Assembly: GCA_013239625.1 (NCBI GenBank)
Contig: MU053994.1
Coordinates: 313,775-377,774 of the forward strand
From: Lama guanicoe
Lineage: Eukaryota
Direction of reading: 5' to 3'
Length of the DNA: 64,000 nucleotides
The translations under genes were made by a program, and so were the position numbers. Of the stretch, positions 39,560 to 52,700 are shown piece after piece; the first letter of the stretch is position 1, and each line of letters opens with the position of its first letter. A model generated the notes under the pieces. The model did not search any database and was not told where the DNA came from. It saw only the letters and a program-made list of their open reading frames with translations.

Positions 39560-40350
39560 GATTTTTAATAGACATTATTTTGGGGGACAGTTTTGCTTTA
39601 CAGGAAAATTGTAAAGCTAGTACAGAGTTCCCATACACTTAGACCCAGTTTCTCCTATTACTACTGTCTTATATCAGTATGGTCTATTTGTTACAGTTAA
39701 TGAACCAGTATTGATATGTTGTCATTAACTAAAGGATGTACTTTATTTGGATTTCCTTAATTTTTGCATAGTGTCCTTTTCTTGTTCGAGGATTCCATCC
39801 AGGATCCCATCCAGGATCCCATGTTCCATTTAGTCATTATGTCTCCTTAGTCTCCTCTGGACTGTGACAGTTTCTGCGACCTCTTGATTATGATGGTCTT
39901 AACAGTTTTGAGGAGTACTGATCAGGTGTTTAATTGGATGTTCCTCAACTGGGATTTGTCTGATGTCTTTCTCATGAATAGACTGGGGTTATGTGTTTTG
40001 GAGATGAAGGCTGTAAAGGTTGGGCACTTTCTCACCACATCATATCAAGAGTGTATACTGTCAACATGGTGTACCACTGTTGATATTGACCTTGATCGCC
40101 AGCCTGAGATAGCGTTTGTCAGGTTTCTCCACTGTAAAGTTACTTTTTTCCCCTTTTACTGTACTGTCTTCCTAGAAAAGAAGTCACTATGTGCAGCCCA
40201 TGCTTAAGATAACGGGGGGTTCTGCTCCATCTCCTTGAGGGTGAGGCATCTATATAAGTTATTCAGAATTCTTCTGCATGGGAAAATTCTCTCTTCTCTC
40301 CCATTTATTTACTTATTCAGTCATTTATTTAGATCAGTGTGGACTCAGGG
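39560..40350 (-). mobile_element. L1MC 3' end
   Basis: GTACAGAGTTCCCATACAC, TTTGTTACAGTTAATGAACCAGTATTGAT and GTTTGTCAGGTTTCTCCACTGTAAAGTTAC. Confidence 0.8.
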
Positions 40351-40536
40351 TAATGAATTTTTACTCAAATAATCCCAATCTTATTTGTGGCCAGTAGCAT
40401 GAATGTTTGTACCTAACTAGGGCTAGCCCAATGGTTTCTAAGCCCCCAAAAGGATAAAACCAATGGTTACACATGGATTTTGTCTCACTATTTGTCCGTC
40501 TTTCCATTTTTTGGTCAAATTTTTGGTTTAATTTCT

Positions 40537-41331
40537 TTCTTTTTTTATAATTTTTTTCCAGTTTTATTATGTAGAATTACTATAGTTTGACTGCACATAC
40601 ACATATTGCATGTAAATACATATAAACAGTATACTGCACTTTTTTTAGTTTTCATATATGTACATATTTATTGTTTCTAAGAACAGATTAGATCTTTAGT
40701 TTTTTACACTTACATAGTTATCAAAGGAATAAAGCTAACTACAAAATAAACAACAGAATGTGGTAATCCAATCATAAAGGACAGTCAGATGTGCTTACAC
40801 ATATTCAAGAAATCAAAATAATAATTAGTTCATTTGTGTCATTATTGTTATTTTTTAGATTCCTCATATAAATGATGTCATATGGCATTTTTCTTTCTCT
40901 TTCTGGCTCACTTCACTTAGAATGACAATCTTCAGGTCCATCCATATTGCTGCAAATAGCATTATTTTATTTTTTATGGCTGAGTAGTATTCCATTGTAC
41001 ATATGTACCACATCTTTATCCAGTCATCTGTTGATAGACATTTGGGTTGTTTCCATGTCTTGGCTATCGTAAATAGTGCTGCTATGAACATTGGGGTGCA
41101 TATGTCTTTTTGTATTTTATTTTTCTCTGAATATATGCCCAGGAGTGGGATTGCTGGATCATGTGGTAAATCTATTTTCAGTTTTTTAAGGAACCTCCAT
41201 ACTGTCTTCCATAGTGGCTGTACCAGTCTACATTCCCACCAGCAGTGTAGGAGGGTCCCCTTTTCTCCACACCCTCTCCAGCATCTATCATTTGTAGACT
41301 TTTCAATGATGGCCATTCTGGCTGGTGTGAA
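40537..41331 (-). mobile_element. TSD-flanked chimeric L1: ORF2 end (~40820-41331) joined to a non-L1 polyadenylated tail (~40545-40818)
   Basis: 20-bp direct repeat AAATTTTTGGTTTAATTTCT at 40517-40536 and 41332-41351. ORF 40864-41316 is the L1 ORF2 C-terminus ([18 protein letters not shown]). Confidence 0.88.
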
Positions 41332-41844
41332 AAATTTTTGGTTTAATTTCTAACCAAAAGAATAATTCAAGAACATGGTAAAAAAAAATTAAACCATCAA
41401 AGAGCACACAGTGAAAACCGGGACTACTTTCCATCCCATATCCTTGTATTTTTCTCAGAGGCATCTCCTGTTAACGGTTACTAGTATTTTCCCAGAGATT
41501 TTCAATGCATATTTTAGCATATATCTATGATTTAGCTTCTTTAGACTCTAAGGCAGTGGGTCAGGAGAGGGGGATAGCAGGATAATGAAAGAGGAAATAA
41601 GAAAGGGGAGGGCAGGAGCAGACCAAAGGCAGTTAGGTCAGTTGTAGAAGTCTTAATCATTGTATTTGCTTGGAAAACAATTCATTTTTCTAAGAATTTT
41701 TTTTCTGATGTAGTTTTGCTCCATTTGTGCGTTTTAACCCCTGATTATCAAAGCATTATGGCTCTATCGGTTGTTTCTTAGTTGAAAACCATCAAGTCCT
41801 CTCTGCTGAGTTTAAGCAGAAGAATTTATTTGAAGGTATTAGGT

Positions 41845-42317
41845 GGTATGGTGTTTCTGGCCCCAGTTCTCCCCACCTCTACCCATGCCTTTTGGACGTG
41901 TGACTTTGTAGCTCTTCTCACTAAAGGAGATGCTTCTGTATCCCTTGATTCTGACCAATGAAATGTTAGTAGGTATGATGCATGTAGAGGCTTGAAAGAA
42001 ACATTTGCACATTTATACTTTGGGTTTTGCTCCTCGGCCTTGGCATGTCAAGTTTTGCCTCATGGAGGACAAGAGACATGTGATGCACAGCCGGGTCATT
42101 CCAGTTGTCTCAGAGCTATCCTAGATTGGATCTAACCAGTTGACCCCAGACATATGGGTGAGCTGAAGTGCAACTGACCACAGGATACATAAGCAAGCCC
42201 AGTCCAGCCCATCTAAACCCTGCAGATTCATGAGCTAAATAAATGCTTATTTTTGTATGTCACTAAAAATTTTTGCATTGTTATACAGCATTATTGTGGC
42301 AATAAATAACTGATACA
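41845..42317 (+). mobile_element. MaLR MLT1-family LTR
   Basis: Ends TTGTTATACAGCATTATTGTGGCAATAAATAACTGATACA. Confidence 0.7.
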
Positions 42318-43106
42318 GTAGTTGATAGAATCCCTAGGAGGGCCAGAGAACCTGGTTGAGATGTTACTGTTGGCCAGAAGGACAGCCAACTACACCCAGA
42401 ACGTTTCTAGCAGGAACTTCTACTGCCTTGTAGCATTCAGCACCTGTGATGCTGGAGAATAGAAAGAGCCTTCACCAGTGTTCTTCGGAGGAACCAAAGG
42501 CCTCCAACCTGTTGCTTTCAAGAATCACTGCTATCCCTCATCAGTTTTACTTCCTCATTCCAGTCCTCCTGTGGACTCATATCTGACTGGTAGAATCTAA
42601 ATCACACGTGGAACCTTAGCTGCAATGGAGTCTGGAAAATGTGTTTTTTTAGTTTTCTAGCTTCTGCAGTGCAAGAATACATGCTAGAAGGGATTTGGAA
42701 TAAACGTGAATGAGTCATTCCAGCATCTGCCACAGAGGTATAGAGAAAAGAACTCCACATCCTGATCCCCTGATTGTCTGCGGTCTCTGCATGGGGACAG
42801 TCAAGGTTTGACACTCCCAGGACTTGAAATCCTGAGAGGAAGAGCCCTGGACCCTCTAATTGCTCTACACCGGACTTGCTATGGTAGTCTTAGCTCCAAG
42901 AAAGCCGTTTGGTTCTGATCGTTTTGACTGAACGCATTCTCTGCCTTTTCATACTTTGGCATCTGGCAGAGGGAGCAGCATGTGAATAATTGCAGGTGAA
43001 ATAACAGTTTAATTACATTGGACACTGTACACAAGGAGTTTGACCTCAGTCACTTTCCCTGTAGTAAGTGAAAAGTCACAAGCAAAGGCATATAGGAAAG
43101 CATAGT

Positions 43107-43240
43107 GGGGAGGGCATAGCTCAGTGGTAGAGCACGAGCTTAGCATGCATGAGGTGCTGGGTTCAATCCCCAGTACCTCCATTAAAAAAATTATAAAAAT
43201 AAATAAACCTCATTAACCACCCCCTCCCCCCGAAAAGAAA
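43107..43240 (+). mobile_element. tRNA-derived SINE (camelid vic-1-like)
   Basis: GGGGAGGGCATAGCTCAGTGGTAGAGC (A box) ... GGTTCAATCCC (B box), followed by an A-rich/C-rich tail; no complete cloverleaf acceptor stem. Confidence 0.88.
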
Positions 43241-46200
43241 AGCGTATTCGTGCTCTCATGTGGAGAAGATGTAAAGGAAGAAATTCATCCCTGTCTCTCT
43301 GCATACCCTGTATGCATATGCCAATTCCTTTGACCTAAGTATCACAAATACCTCGAGGGTGACAGTGCTGGGCTGATGGCGTTTAAGCTCACCCTGGCCC
43401 TCCAGCCTCACTCCTACCACAAGCTAGAATGGCCCTTTGAAGTGTGTGGTCTGGGTCACCAGGCACTAACTGACTGATAGAAGACATTTCCACTAAATGG
43501 AAAGGCTTTTGGTGTAGGTGTATTTATTTGTAGAGTGCCACTTGTGAGATTGGCCACACGAAACCTTTGTTTGTTCTCTTTTTTTTCCTCTGAAGACCTT
43601 GTTCCAACTAAATATTTGCTGAAACATTTTGGTGACCTTTTTGTGTTTTAATTTAATAGGCAAAACCATGCTGTTGCTAACAGTACAAATACTGAAAAAT
43701 AGTGCATTTGTGCAGTATTTTAAGGGGGACATTTTAGTACATCTGGGTGAAAAGTGAAGAAGTTAGCTGCAGAGCCAGTACCTGGATCCTTGACTGATTA
43801 CCAATAAAAGTAGGAGTAAATCCATTGGAATATATATATGCTTCAGAAGAGCATATAGTCTATAAAAATTCCCAACTATGGCGACATAACCAGGACATTT
43901 CCTTTGGGGATCAAAATATATTGTGGTCTTGCCAAGATGCTACTTGGCCCACATAACTTTGTACATTCAGTCATTTAGTTTAATATCCCTTGGGTATTGT
44001 TGGAGAACCTAAGTATGGAATAATGATCTACTCAGCTAACTAGGAGTTTGTGGTGGGCACTGATTGTTATTTTTTGAAGTAAATTTCCTTGTGTGTTACC
44101 AAAACTATTTGTGACAAGGTCTGAAACTTCTGTTCACAAAGGTACCAGACTTGAATCAAGGCTTAGGCCAGAAAAAAGCTACCCCTACAGTCTGGCCCTA
44201 CGTACAGCACTCACTGGGTCTCCCGCTGCTCCCCTCCCTATGGAATCTTCTCCCCCAGCCAACTGGTATAGTCGCTCACTGATGATACAGTCCTATCTTT
44301 GCCTCTATCTTTTGACCTGCCTAGAGGACCTCCCTGGCCCTCTCTGTGCATCTGTGATCTACTGTTTAAGGCCTGGCCTGGGTTAGAGCAAGGTGAAGCT
44401 CAGCTGTGAATCCAGAATTCTCCTGGTTTGCTCAGTCCTTGCCCACCACTCCTGCCTCTGAACTTCTAACACATCTATACTTTTGGCCTCTAGGCTAAGC
44501 CTTCTTGCCTCCAAGATGTCTACTCACAGCTAAAATGTTAGCCTCTAGAGGGTACAAATGGACTGGCTTGTAATTCTGTGTATCCTCTGCCCCTACCTTA
44601 GTGCCATACAGATGCAGTCAGTCCTCAGTTGAGGGGATGTGATGCCTGGAACCCACAGCACACAGCTGCAGAGTTTGGGTAACAAAATTCCTTGCATTTC
44701 CCTAGAACTTTCTGCACTGGCATTTCCGACTTCTGACTTAACTCTCTTTTAAAAAAGGCTCACATGATTCCTGTATTGCTTCTCTCCAGTAATGGAGGGG
44801 AAAGGTCTTTGTCTCCCTGGTCTTCTGTCCCAAATACCTCTTTATGTTTTATGTGTATGGGGTACCAAAGGAGTGAGGCCTTCCGCCTGTGGGCTTGGCT
44901 GATTATCTCATTTAATCTTCACAACAGCCATTAATATCCCTGTTTGGAGGTGAGGAAACTGAGGCACGGAGAAGTTCAAGTAACCTAAATTCACAAGTGA
45001 TATAAGTGGAGGAGGCAGGATTCACACCAGGACTTTCTGGCTCCCAGGTCTGCACTGTTAACGTCTCCACCTCACTGCCTTTCCTGATGCCCGCTTGGTG
45101 TCCATTACATGACCTGTAAACCCCAGAGTTTCCTGAGTTAGAAAGTTTAAGCAGATGAAAAGGATTGCTAATCCAGAAACACCTTCTGTTTTTCTCACTG
45201 TGAGACTAAGAGTCCCAGAGCATCCTCTTGGTGGAAGAATTAAATGGGAGGAATTTAAGCATGATACTCCTCTAAGGCCACAAGATACAGAACTTCAGAA
45301 ACATCCCTGTCTTTGGGATGAAATCTGGTCTGTAAGTAAAGGCAGAGCCAGGATGTGAATCCACAGCAAGTAGAGGTTGGAATTCTGCTGTTGTCATTTA
45401 TTGCTTAGAACGTGAGCGTGTTACTTTACCTCTTACCTGGCATTTAGTAAATACTGAGTAAATGTTAGCTATTATTTCTATACCACAGTGTTTCCTTAGC
45501 TCTTTCTCCTCCCTTATGACAAAGCACAGTGTAACTAGCTTTTATGTCGGTTGGAAAGCTGCCTGCCTCCACCTCATTGAATTCAATAAACATGTTTGTA
45601 AATAAGAGAAGGAACAGTGATGATGGAAAAATGGATACCCAAGAAGCCTACATGGTCAGGGTGACTTTGTTTCTTTTGTTAACATAATGACAAGTTGGAA
45701 GGAAGAGGAGTGAGTCATGCTGACAATGAAGTGCTACCAGTTTAGGATTTGTTTTAATTTATTATTTTATGACTGTTGCTTGTTTCCTGTTGCTATTCAT
45801 TTCTTATCCATTGGGGGGACAACAATCCTTTTGTGGCTTTGTGAGTTTCATAGCTGAGACATCCACTTCAAAACACATTAGCCAAATCTTTCCTCTTCCC
45901 CACCACCTCATCAGTCATCTCAGACACCAAAAATGAAATTTCCAAAATTGTTCAGAAGTATTGGATGTGCAAAAATGTTGGCATGGGCTTTCTCTTTGGG
46001 GATTAGTTCCTGGGAAGGTTCAACATGGGGTTATTACAGGGAGGGTGAATGTTAGGGATGTTTGTGGCATTGTCACTTCCCTTCTCTTAAAGTGATGTTG
46101 GGTGGAGAGCCTCTGAGATAAAGGACTTAGCAGCTGATGACCCATTTTACAGGGGAGAGTTTGAAGTGATAACATAGTAAATATTAGCCTAGAGAAAGTG

Positions 46201-49200
46201 TGGATATACTTTATGGAGTGTTTGAATACAAATTATTTTTTTCCACTTTGTGCTGTGCCTTACCTGGGACTACTGAATGCATTTTCCATCTGTACACATT
46301 TGTTCTTACATCATGTGTCTTCTTGCAACACATTTTTTCATCCTTGGAAACAAAGGCACCTCTTCTGTGATGTAATTCAAATGTGTCTAAATTCTTCAGT
46401 CCTCAGAGATGGGTGGAGGCATGGCATTGTCTCTCCCTTTAAGAAGCCAGGAACGTGGTAATTTGGGATGCTGGGAGTCAGCTTCCTCCCCGGTATGCTC
46501 AAGGAGCCCTGAGTGTTATTACAAGTATCACACGTTTGTCCTGGTTGTCTCTTGTCCCCTCACTTAGCTCATCACACATATCAGCTTTTCTCCCAGTCAT
46601 CTCTCCTGCCTAGTAACCAGGGCTCCATGCTACTGCCTCTCTCTGAACCATCCCATCCCCACACTGTGAACAGGGGCCTATTTCTCAAAACCCTGCTCAC
46701 AGGAAACTGTCTCATTTAAGGCTTGGAGGTAATATCAGGGGAGTCCAGTGCAGAAAGGAAATTTTAAACTGGATATCAGCTCTATTGGGCTTTTGGTCCA
46801 TTGACCTCACCCCTTCATTCTTACCTCCTGGCCTGCACCTGTGTTGCAGAGGCCCCCCTCTGCTCCCTCTGGAAGAGTCATCATTTTCATGTCCTCAACC
46901 CTTTCTTCTCCCTCATGCCAGAAGAACTAAAGTCCTTTACAATCATGATCAGCTTTACTGGATGGATCCTGGGGGTCGTAAAAACACTGTTGAACATCAT
47001 TCTACAGAATCCATTGCTTCTCACTTCAGAAGCATCAGTTCCTGGTTTTCTCCCACCAGTCTTCACACTCTTCCACTGCTTGGCTACAAACTCTCCCCAA
47101 AGTAGTGTCTTCAAGAAGGAAAGAAACACTTTTGGGGTTCTACTCAGAAGAGTATGACTACAGGTTCAAACATGGCATTTTCTTTGCCCCTTTGTCCAGT
47201 AGTTTACAAAAGGTGAATATGACTATAGAATCTGGAAAAAAGGTAAACTTAAAATATAAAAAAAAACTCACTGTGTACCTTCTCAAGAACACCTGAGGCA
47301 TAACTCCAAAGTTCTAATCTCCCCAGATTTCGTAGAACTCATATGCCTAGCAGTAGGTGGGGTTCTCTGTGTTCCAAGAAACAAAACGAAACCCATCACC
47401 AGCATCAATCAAGACTTTGCTTCAAAGAACACTGAAGCCCACTTAGTCAGTACTGTGAATTTCACGTACACATCCCAGTTCTGATCTTTTTTAAGTGCTT
47501 CTGGCCTAGCTCTTTATTAATTTCCTTGGTGGAAGCAAGTGATGTTCTTAGTTACTGTGTGGATTTTTTTCTAATATGTAGTTTGAAAAACATCATCATT
47601 ATCTGAAGAGAGACTTAATATTTAGTGATGTAATTCAAAGTTTTTAGGTTGATTTCATTCAGTCCAGTTTTTAGATGTGTGTTTAATAGATTCCTGCTAA
47701 GGATCAGACACTACCAGACACCAAAGATGTTTCAGACCCAGATCTCATTCCCAAAAAGCTTACCTTACCTCTGGGGAGAATTGACATACAGTACAAAATA
47801 CATACAAGGTAAAAAGTTGTGAGTGCCCTTAGAGAGATATAGATCAAAAGTCTATTTACATCACTTAATATTCAAGATCGCTATGATTCCTCTGATGGGC
47901 ACTTTCTTGTAGTTTCCTAGGGCATCCCAGTTTATTCACACATCTTTGAATCTCAACAGTCTCAGGTTCAATTCCTGCCTCTGACACATAACAACTATAT
48001 GACCTTGGATTGTTCCTTTATATTCTGTGGATGTCAGTGTCCCTGTTTATCCAGAGAGGGCAGTAGTTCTTCGGAAGTTGATGTGAGGATTAAACGCAAT
48101 AACCCAGTATCTACAGTACTTGGTGGATGTAGGTGCCTAGCACGTGTTCTTTCTCTCACTGCTCCATAAACACATCAAATAGATATAAGTACCCTAATGT
48201 GTGAATATGTATTGGAGGGCCTAAAGAAAGAAGTAGGAAGTCACAGCTTCCAGTCCGAGGGTGTTAAAAACTTGATGCCGTATTTGAACCTTATTTTATC
48301 ATGAGGCCTTTCCTGACTGCCCTATATAAAATAACACAGGGCCCCTAACTTCTTTTCTACTTTATTTTCTCCCTAGCACATACCATATGAAATACTTGCT
48401 TCGTGACTGGCTGCCCATCCCCCTCCCCTTAGATAATGTATATTCCACAAGAGCAGGGCCCTTGCTGTTCATTAGTTCACTGCTGTATCTCTGGGGCCTA
48501 GAACAGTGATTAGCATTTAGGTAGCACTTAATAAATATGTATTAGATGAGTGAGTGTAGGGATTAAAACCAATTTTAAAGTCAATTTGGCTCTTTTTCTT
48601 TCTATTGGCTTTTGTGATAACGTTGAAAATTTTTGGCAAGTGAGATGGTGTCACTGGTACGTTGGGTACTGAGGTTTTGCAACTGCATCATGTCTGTCAG
48701 TAATGGTCATCACTTAGCTTTTAACAGTTTTCTTCTGTGTGCTGTTGCCTGTCTCCAGAATCCCCCTCTACCCTTGAACCTTATCAGTCTTTCTCATCTC
48801 TGGTGATTGATTTCCTGCCAGGAGTATCCCTGACTTCCTGTTTGTAATTTCCAGATCTTTGTTTCTTTTTCTATGACTCAGCGGTTTCTGTATGATAGCG
48901 ACTCTGTCACATTTCCACCAGTAGGTGCCAGTATCTGATATGACTTACACAGACAGATTTACCACTTAGGGAGGATTCTTTTTCTAGAAAATGTTCTCTT
49001 TTGAGGAGAATTCAGAAAGAGCAAAACCTTTTCTCTGCTTGTGGGAAGGCTGTGTTGAATGTTATTGGCCTATAAAAAGGTGACACGGTTAGAAGTGTTA
49101 TATTTCTGAACAAAAGGCTCTGACACCATTTTTCCCCACATAAATGCAAATTTTTTCTGGAGTCTTTCTGAAGGATATGTCTACATACTGTAAAGCTTTA

Positions 49201-49312
49201 AGTGGTGTATTTAAGTCAACATAAAAAGCAGTTACTTCATTTCTCAAATATTCAAGAAACACTTCCATACATTTAGCCTCCTTACCAAAAAATTCACAAA
49301 TACAGTTCCCAG

Positions 49313-49765
49313 TGTCGACTGAAAAAAAAAAAAAGCACAACCTAAAAGTTGAGAATTATGTTTTATTGGGGGCATTTCTAAAGACTTAAGCCTGGGAGGC
49401 AGCCTCTCAGATAGCTCTGAGGGACTATTCCAGAAGAGGTAAGAGAGGAGCCAGGATATACAGGAGTTTTGCAAAAAAAAATAAACAAAACCCCAGGTAG
49501 TCAAACATCAAAAGATTGCTGCTAAAAAAGAAAAACTAGATATCTCAAATTAGTGAATTTAGCACTTTACTATGTATGGGAAGATGCAAGAGTCGGCTCA
49601 TTGACACCATTCCTTTGATATGCACCTTAGCTATCTAGGACCAGTATCCTGTTTTTCTTTATCCTGAATCCCCTCAGGGTGTACAGTGTGGCTGCAGCAG
49701 CTGATGGCTTGCTGGTTGCAACATCCTTTGTTTACTGAAATGGTAGGTGACATGCTTTGTCAACA
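49313..49765 (-). mobile_element. ERV1-type 3' LTR, family A copy 4
   Basis: TGTCGACTGA ... GTCAACA termini; minus-strand AATAAA near 49362; homologous to 288-740. Confidence 0.9.
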
Positions 49766-52700
49766 GCACCATCTCTTGGTCATTAATTCGACCAAAGTTT
49801 GGGAGGCATTTCATGACCAATTTTGTCCCATGGTGCTAGGAAGGCTCCTTCCCAGATGAGGCGAAGATTCTGTTGATGGGCCACTCAATGTGCTAACTTT
49901 TGGATCAGGTCCTGTTGATAATCTAAAATTCTCTGGATCACCTGTCTTACTAGTCTGTTACGATCTAGAAAGTGTTTTCCCTTGTCATTTCTTCCCATAT
50001 CAGGAGTTGCACTATTATAATTACTCAACGCAGAGTTTATATATATATATATATTTATATATATATAAATAATGCCTCAAGAGGTGTAGGCATCATTAAT
50101 TTTGTCAGAGGCCTGGTTACACACTGGGTAATGCAAGAGACAACAATCTTATAAAATAGACAGGATATAAGTAATAAAGCTAGTAATGTTAATTAAGTCA
50201 TAGTACAGCAGAGACAGGCACATGGCATAAATAATGTGAAAATGACAAGAGAGAACAAATTAAAACAATGATTAGTGTAACGTTGTAATCTGTTCGCAAT
50301 AAGCTATCAAGTCCACAGGGGAGCCAGCTGGAGAAGCCAAATTCCGGAAGGATCAGGTAGAGAGAAAAAGATAAATGTTTCATCTTCGTTAAAAAAGGTA
50401 TACCTTAACAACCTGTTGTAGGTCATAGTTAGCATAAGAGGAAAGGTTTTTCCAGAAAACAAAGATTAAAAGCCAATATATTTCAGAAAAAAATCATAAT
50501 ATTATGAATCATGTTTATCAGTTCATTCAGTCCCATGTCAACTAATTCTTGCTGATGTGGACGAAGTGATCAGGTTTTCCTCTAGTTTTGTAACTTCTTA
50601 CCCAGTTCAATGGTATGATCTAAAAGTTTCAGGAACTTATTTGTCAAAATGTTCTTTTTCATGAATCTTCTTGAAGATCTTCATTTCATAAAAGCATCAG
50701 AGCTAACAATGATTGTCTATAAATGACAAAAGACTTACAATGGCATGGTTAAAGATCTGCTTACAATGCCATTGACAAGAAACTTGGATATTTCTGTGAC
50801 ACATATTTTAAGATAGTACCTAGAATTATGACTGATGACTTTGTGCCAAGACATGTCAGAATTTTAGGAATCCCATATAAATTTTGGATTATCTATATTA
50901 ATGATATTTACCCATACAGAATAACCGAAGATTTATCTCTAATTAGATGACAATGCTTCTCAAGTAATTCAACACACCAAGTATGCCTAATTAATTTAAC
51001 ATTCCTCTCTGAGATGCCTCGGTTTCTTTGAAGGGTCAAAAGAACTTCAGTTAGAATTTGATATTTAGGACATTGTCAAAATATCAAAAAGGTTTCCAAT
51101 TTTTAAAAAAAGATAAAAAGTTTCAAAACACTTAAACACTTGGTCAAATAGGATCATAGGTCACTGTGACACAGTACTCATTCACTTAACCAAAGTGGCA
51201 AAAGATTTCAAAAGCAAATACAGATAACTTAACAGCAAAGAAACGCATACAACCTGTTATCAAAAGCAGTTGTCCAAGAAAACTTTCTTCTCTTGAGAGA
51301 GGAACCAAATCCAGTCCTGCACCAGCCTACTTTTAATAACAAAATCCACTTACTTAATTAAATTTAATCTCATCTCAGGCTGACCATGCACAAAACTCCT
51401 TTTTCAGGGCTCCCTTTCTACAAAACTCCCGCAACTCTCTGCATCCATATTAGTTTGCCCCTTATTTTTCCATCCAGAAACAACCAGCTCTAGGACAGAA
51501 TCACTCTTGCCCCTTAACAAAATGTATTTCAATTCCTCATACCTCCTTCTGCTGAAAACACACACCCTACTTTCCTTGCGTAGTGAAATGGTTCCCTTGT
51601 TATTTCTAGTAGTTTTAATTACCTATTCCAGTTTTAACCCGTAAAACCTTAATCTCTAGTGAAAACCGACAAGCAGCAAGTAATTGTGAACTGTTTGTCA
51701 TACCAGCGTTTCCTGGTCGGCAAACTTTGGAATATTCCATAACCCCTAGAAACATACCCCTTCTCATAGCATAATTCCTTCTCTCCATGTGCTTCAAGAC
51801 ATGTTGAATAAAGCCCAGACTTCTTTAGTTTTCCTCTGGTAGCAAGACAAAAGTGGGTCAACTTAGATCTGCTTAGCAATTAATGTTCTACTATTTTATT
51901 CTATTTGGAAGGACCTGGATATTCAAGGAATTCCCATCATTTAACTTAATTTAGCAAAACTCTAAAGTTTTAAGTCACCAAAAATCTGGAGAAAGTATTT
52001 TAGACAGACATCCCTAAAACATACTTTTCCTAAAGAGTTCACCTGAAAACTCTTATTTACCTCTATTTTACAACTTATGAAAATACCTTCATACCAAGTT
52101 AATTTTTTTCTTGCTGACAACTCTGAACCGGAAATAACATGAACTTACTGACTGCTAGAAAACCTAGGTACAATAAAAGTCTGTGTTGATTAAACCAACA
52201 AGCTGAAGCTAGCTTTAATACCAGGTATTAACGTAATATTGAATATTTCCTAGATCACGTGAACCTGAAATTCATTCTGGCCAGTTTCTTTCATGTTTAG
52301 AAGTATTTAATTTGTAAGTGTCTACTGTTTAGTCAATTAAATACAGTTTATAAGTTTAATTTTGGTAGTATTTTCTAGGGATAGATATCTCGTATGTATA
52401 GTAGGTACACAGACATAAAGAGACATAACTAGAAATCTCACAGCTTCACTTTAAAACTTAGTGATGAATCAGATAGTATAATAACTTATTAGTTTACAAA
52501 TAACAGTTGGAATAAGTTAAATTTGTTTGCTCAGATGACTAAGGCTTTATTGTTTGTGGGAAAGACTTAATGATTTGTATTTGTCCTTGATAAACCCTTA
52601 ATGAGGCTATGAATTAGGTTTTGGGTGAGGGAACTTGTCCAGGGGTTTGGGTTTAAAAAGCCTTTTTTTCTTCCTTTGGTTTCAGGGTCTACTTCATTGA

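Noticed and set aside
39795..39822. Short tandem duplications (CCATCCAGGATC x2 here; CTACTCCTATTATTA x2 near 2120)
   Set aside because: Ordinary slippage duplications inside old repeats.
40864..41316. 150-aa ORF (and similar ORFs at 18071-18614 and 55218-56214) as host genes
   Set aside because: They are fragments of L1 ORF2 in truncated elements.
43107..43180. tRNA gene (also 7630-7710)
   Set aside because: A and B boxes are present, but there is a SINE-type tail, no intact acceptor stem, and two diverged dispersed copies.
44543..44556. CTCF-like motif CCTCTAGAGGGTAC (similar partial matches near 19565, 29552 and 48918)
   Set aside because: Each has mismatches at core positions; not distinguishable from background without a PWM scan or ChIP data.
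46785..47296. Cluster of 60-118 aa ORFs with an acceptor-like site at ~46920 and donor-like sites near 47212/47242
   Set aside because: No recognisable protein similarity, and splice-like motifs of this quality arise by chance; cannot be supported without RNA data.
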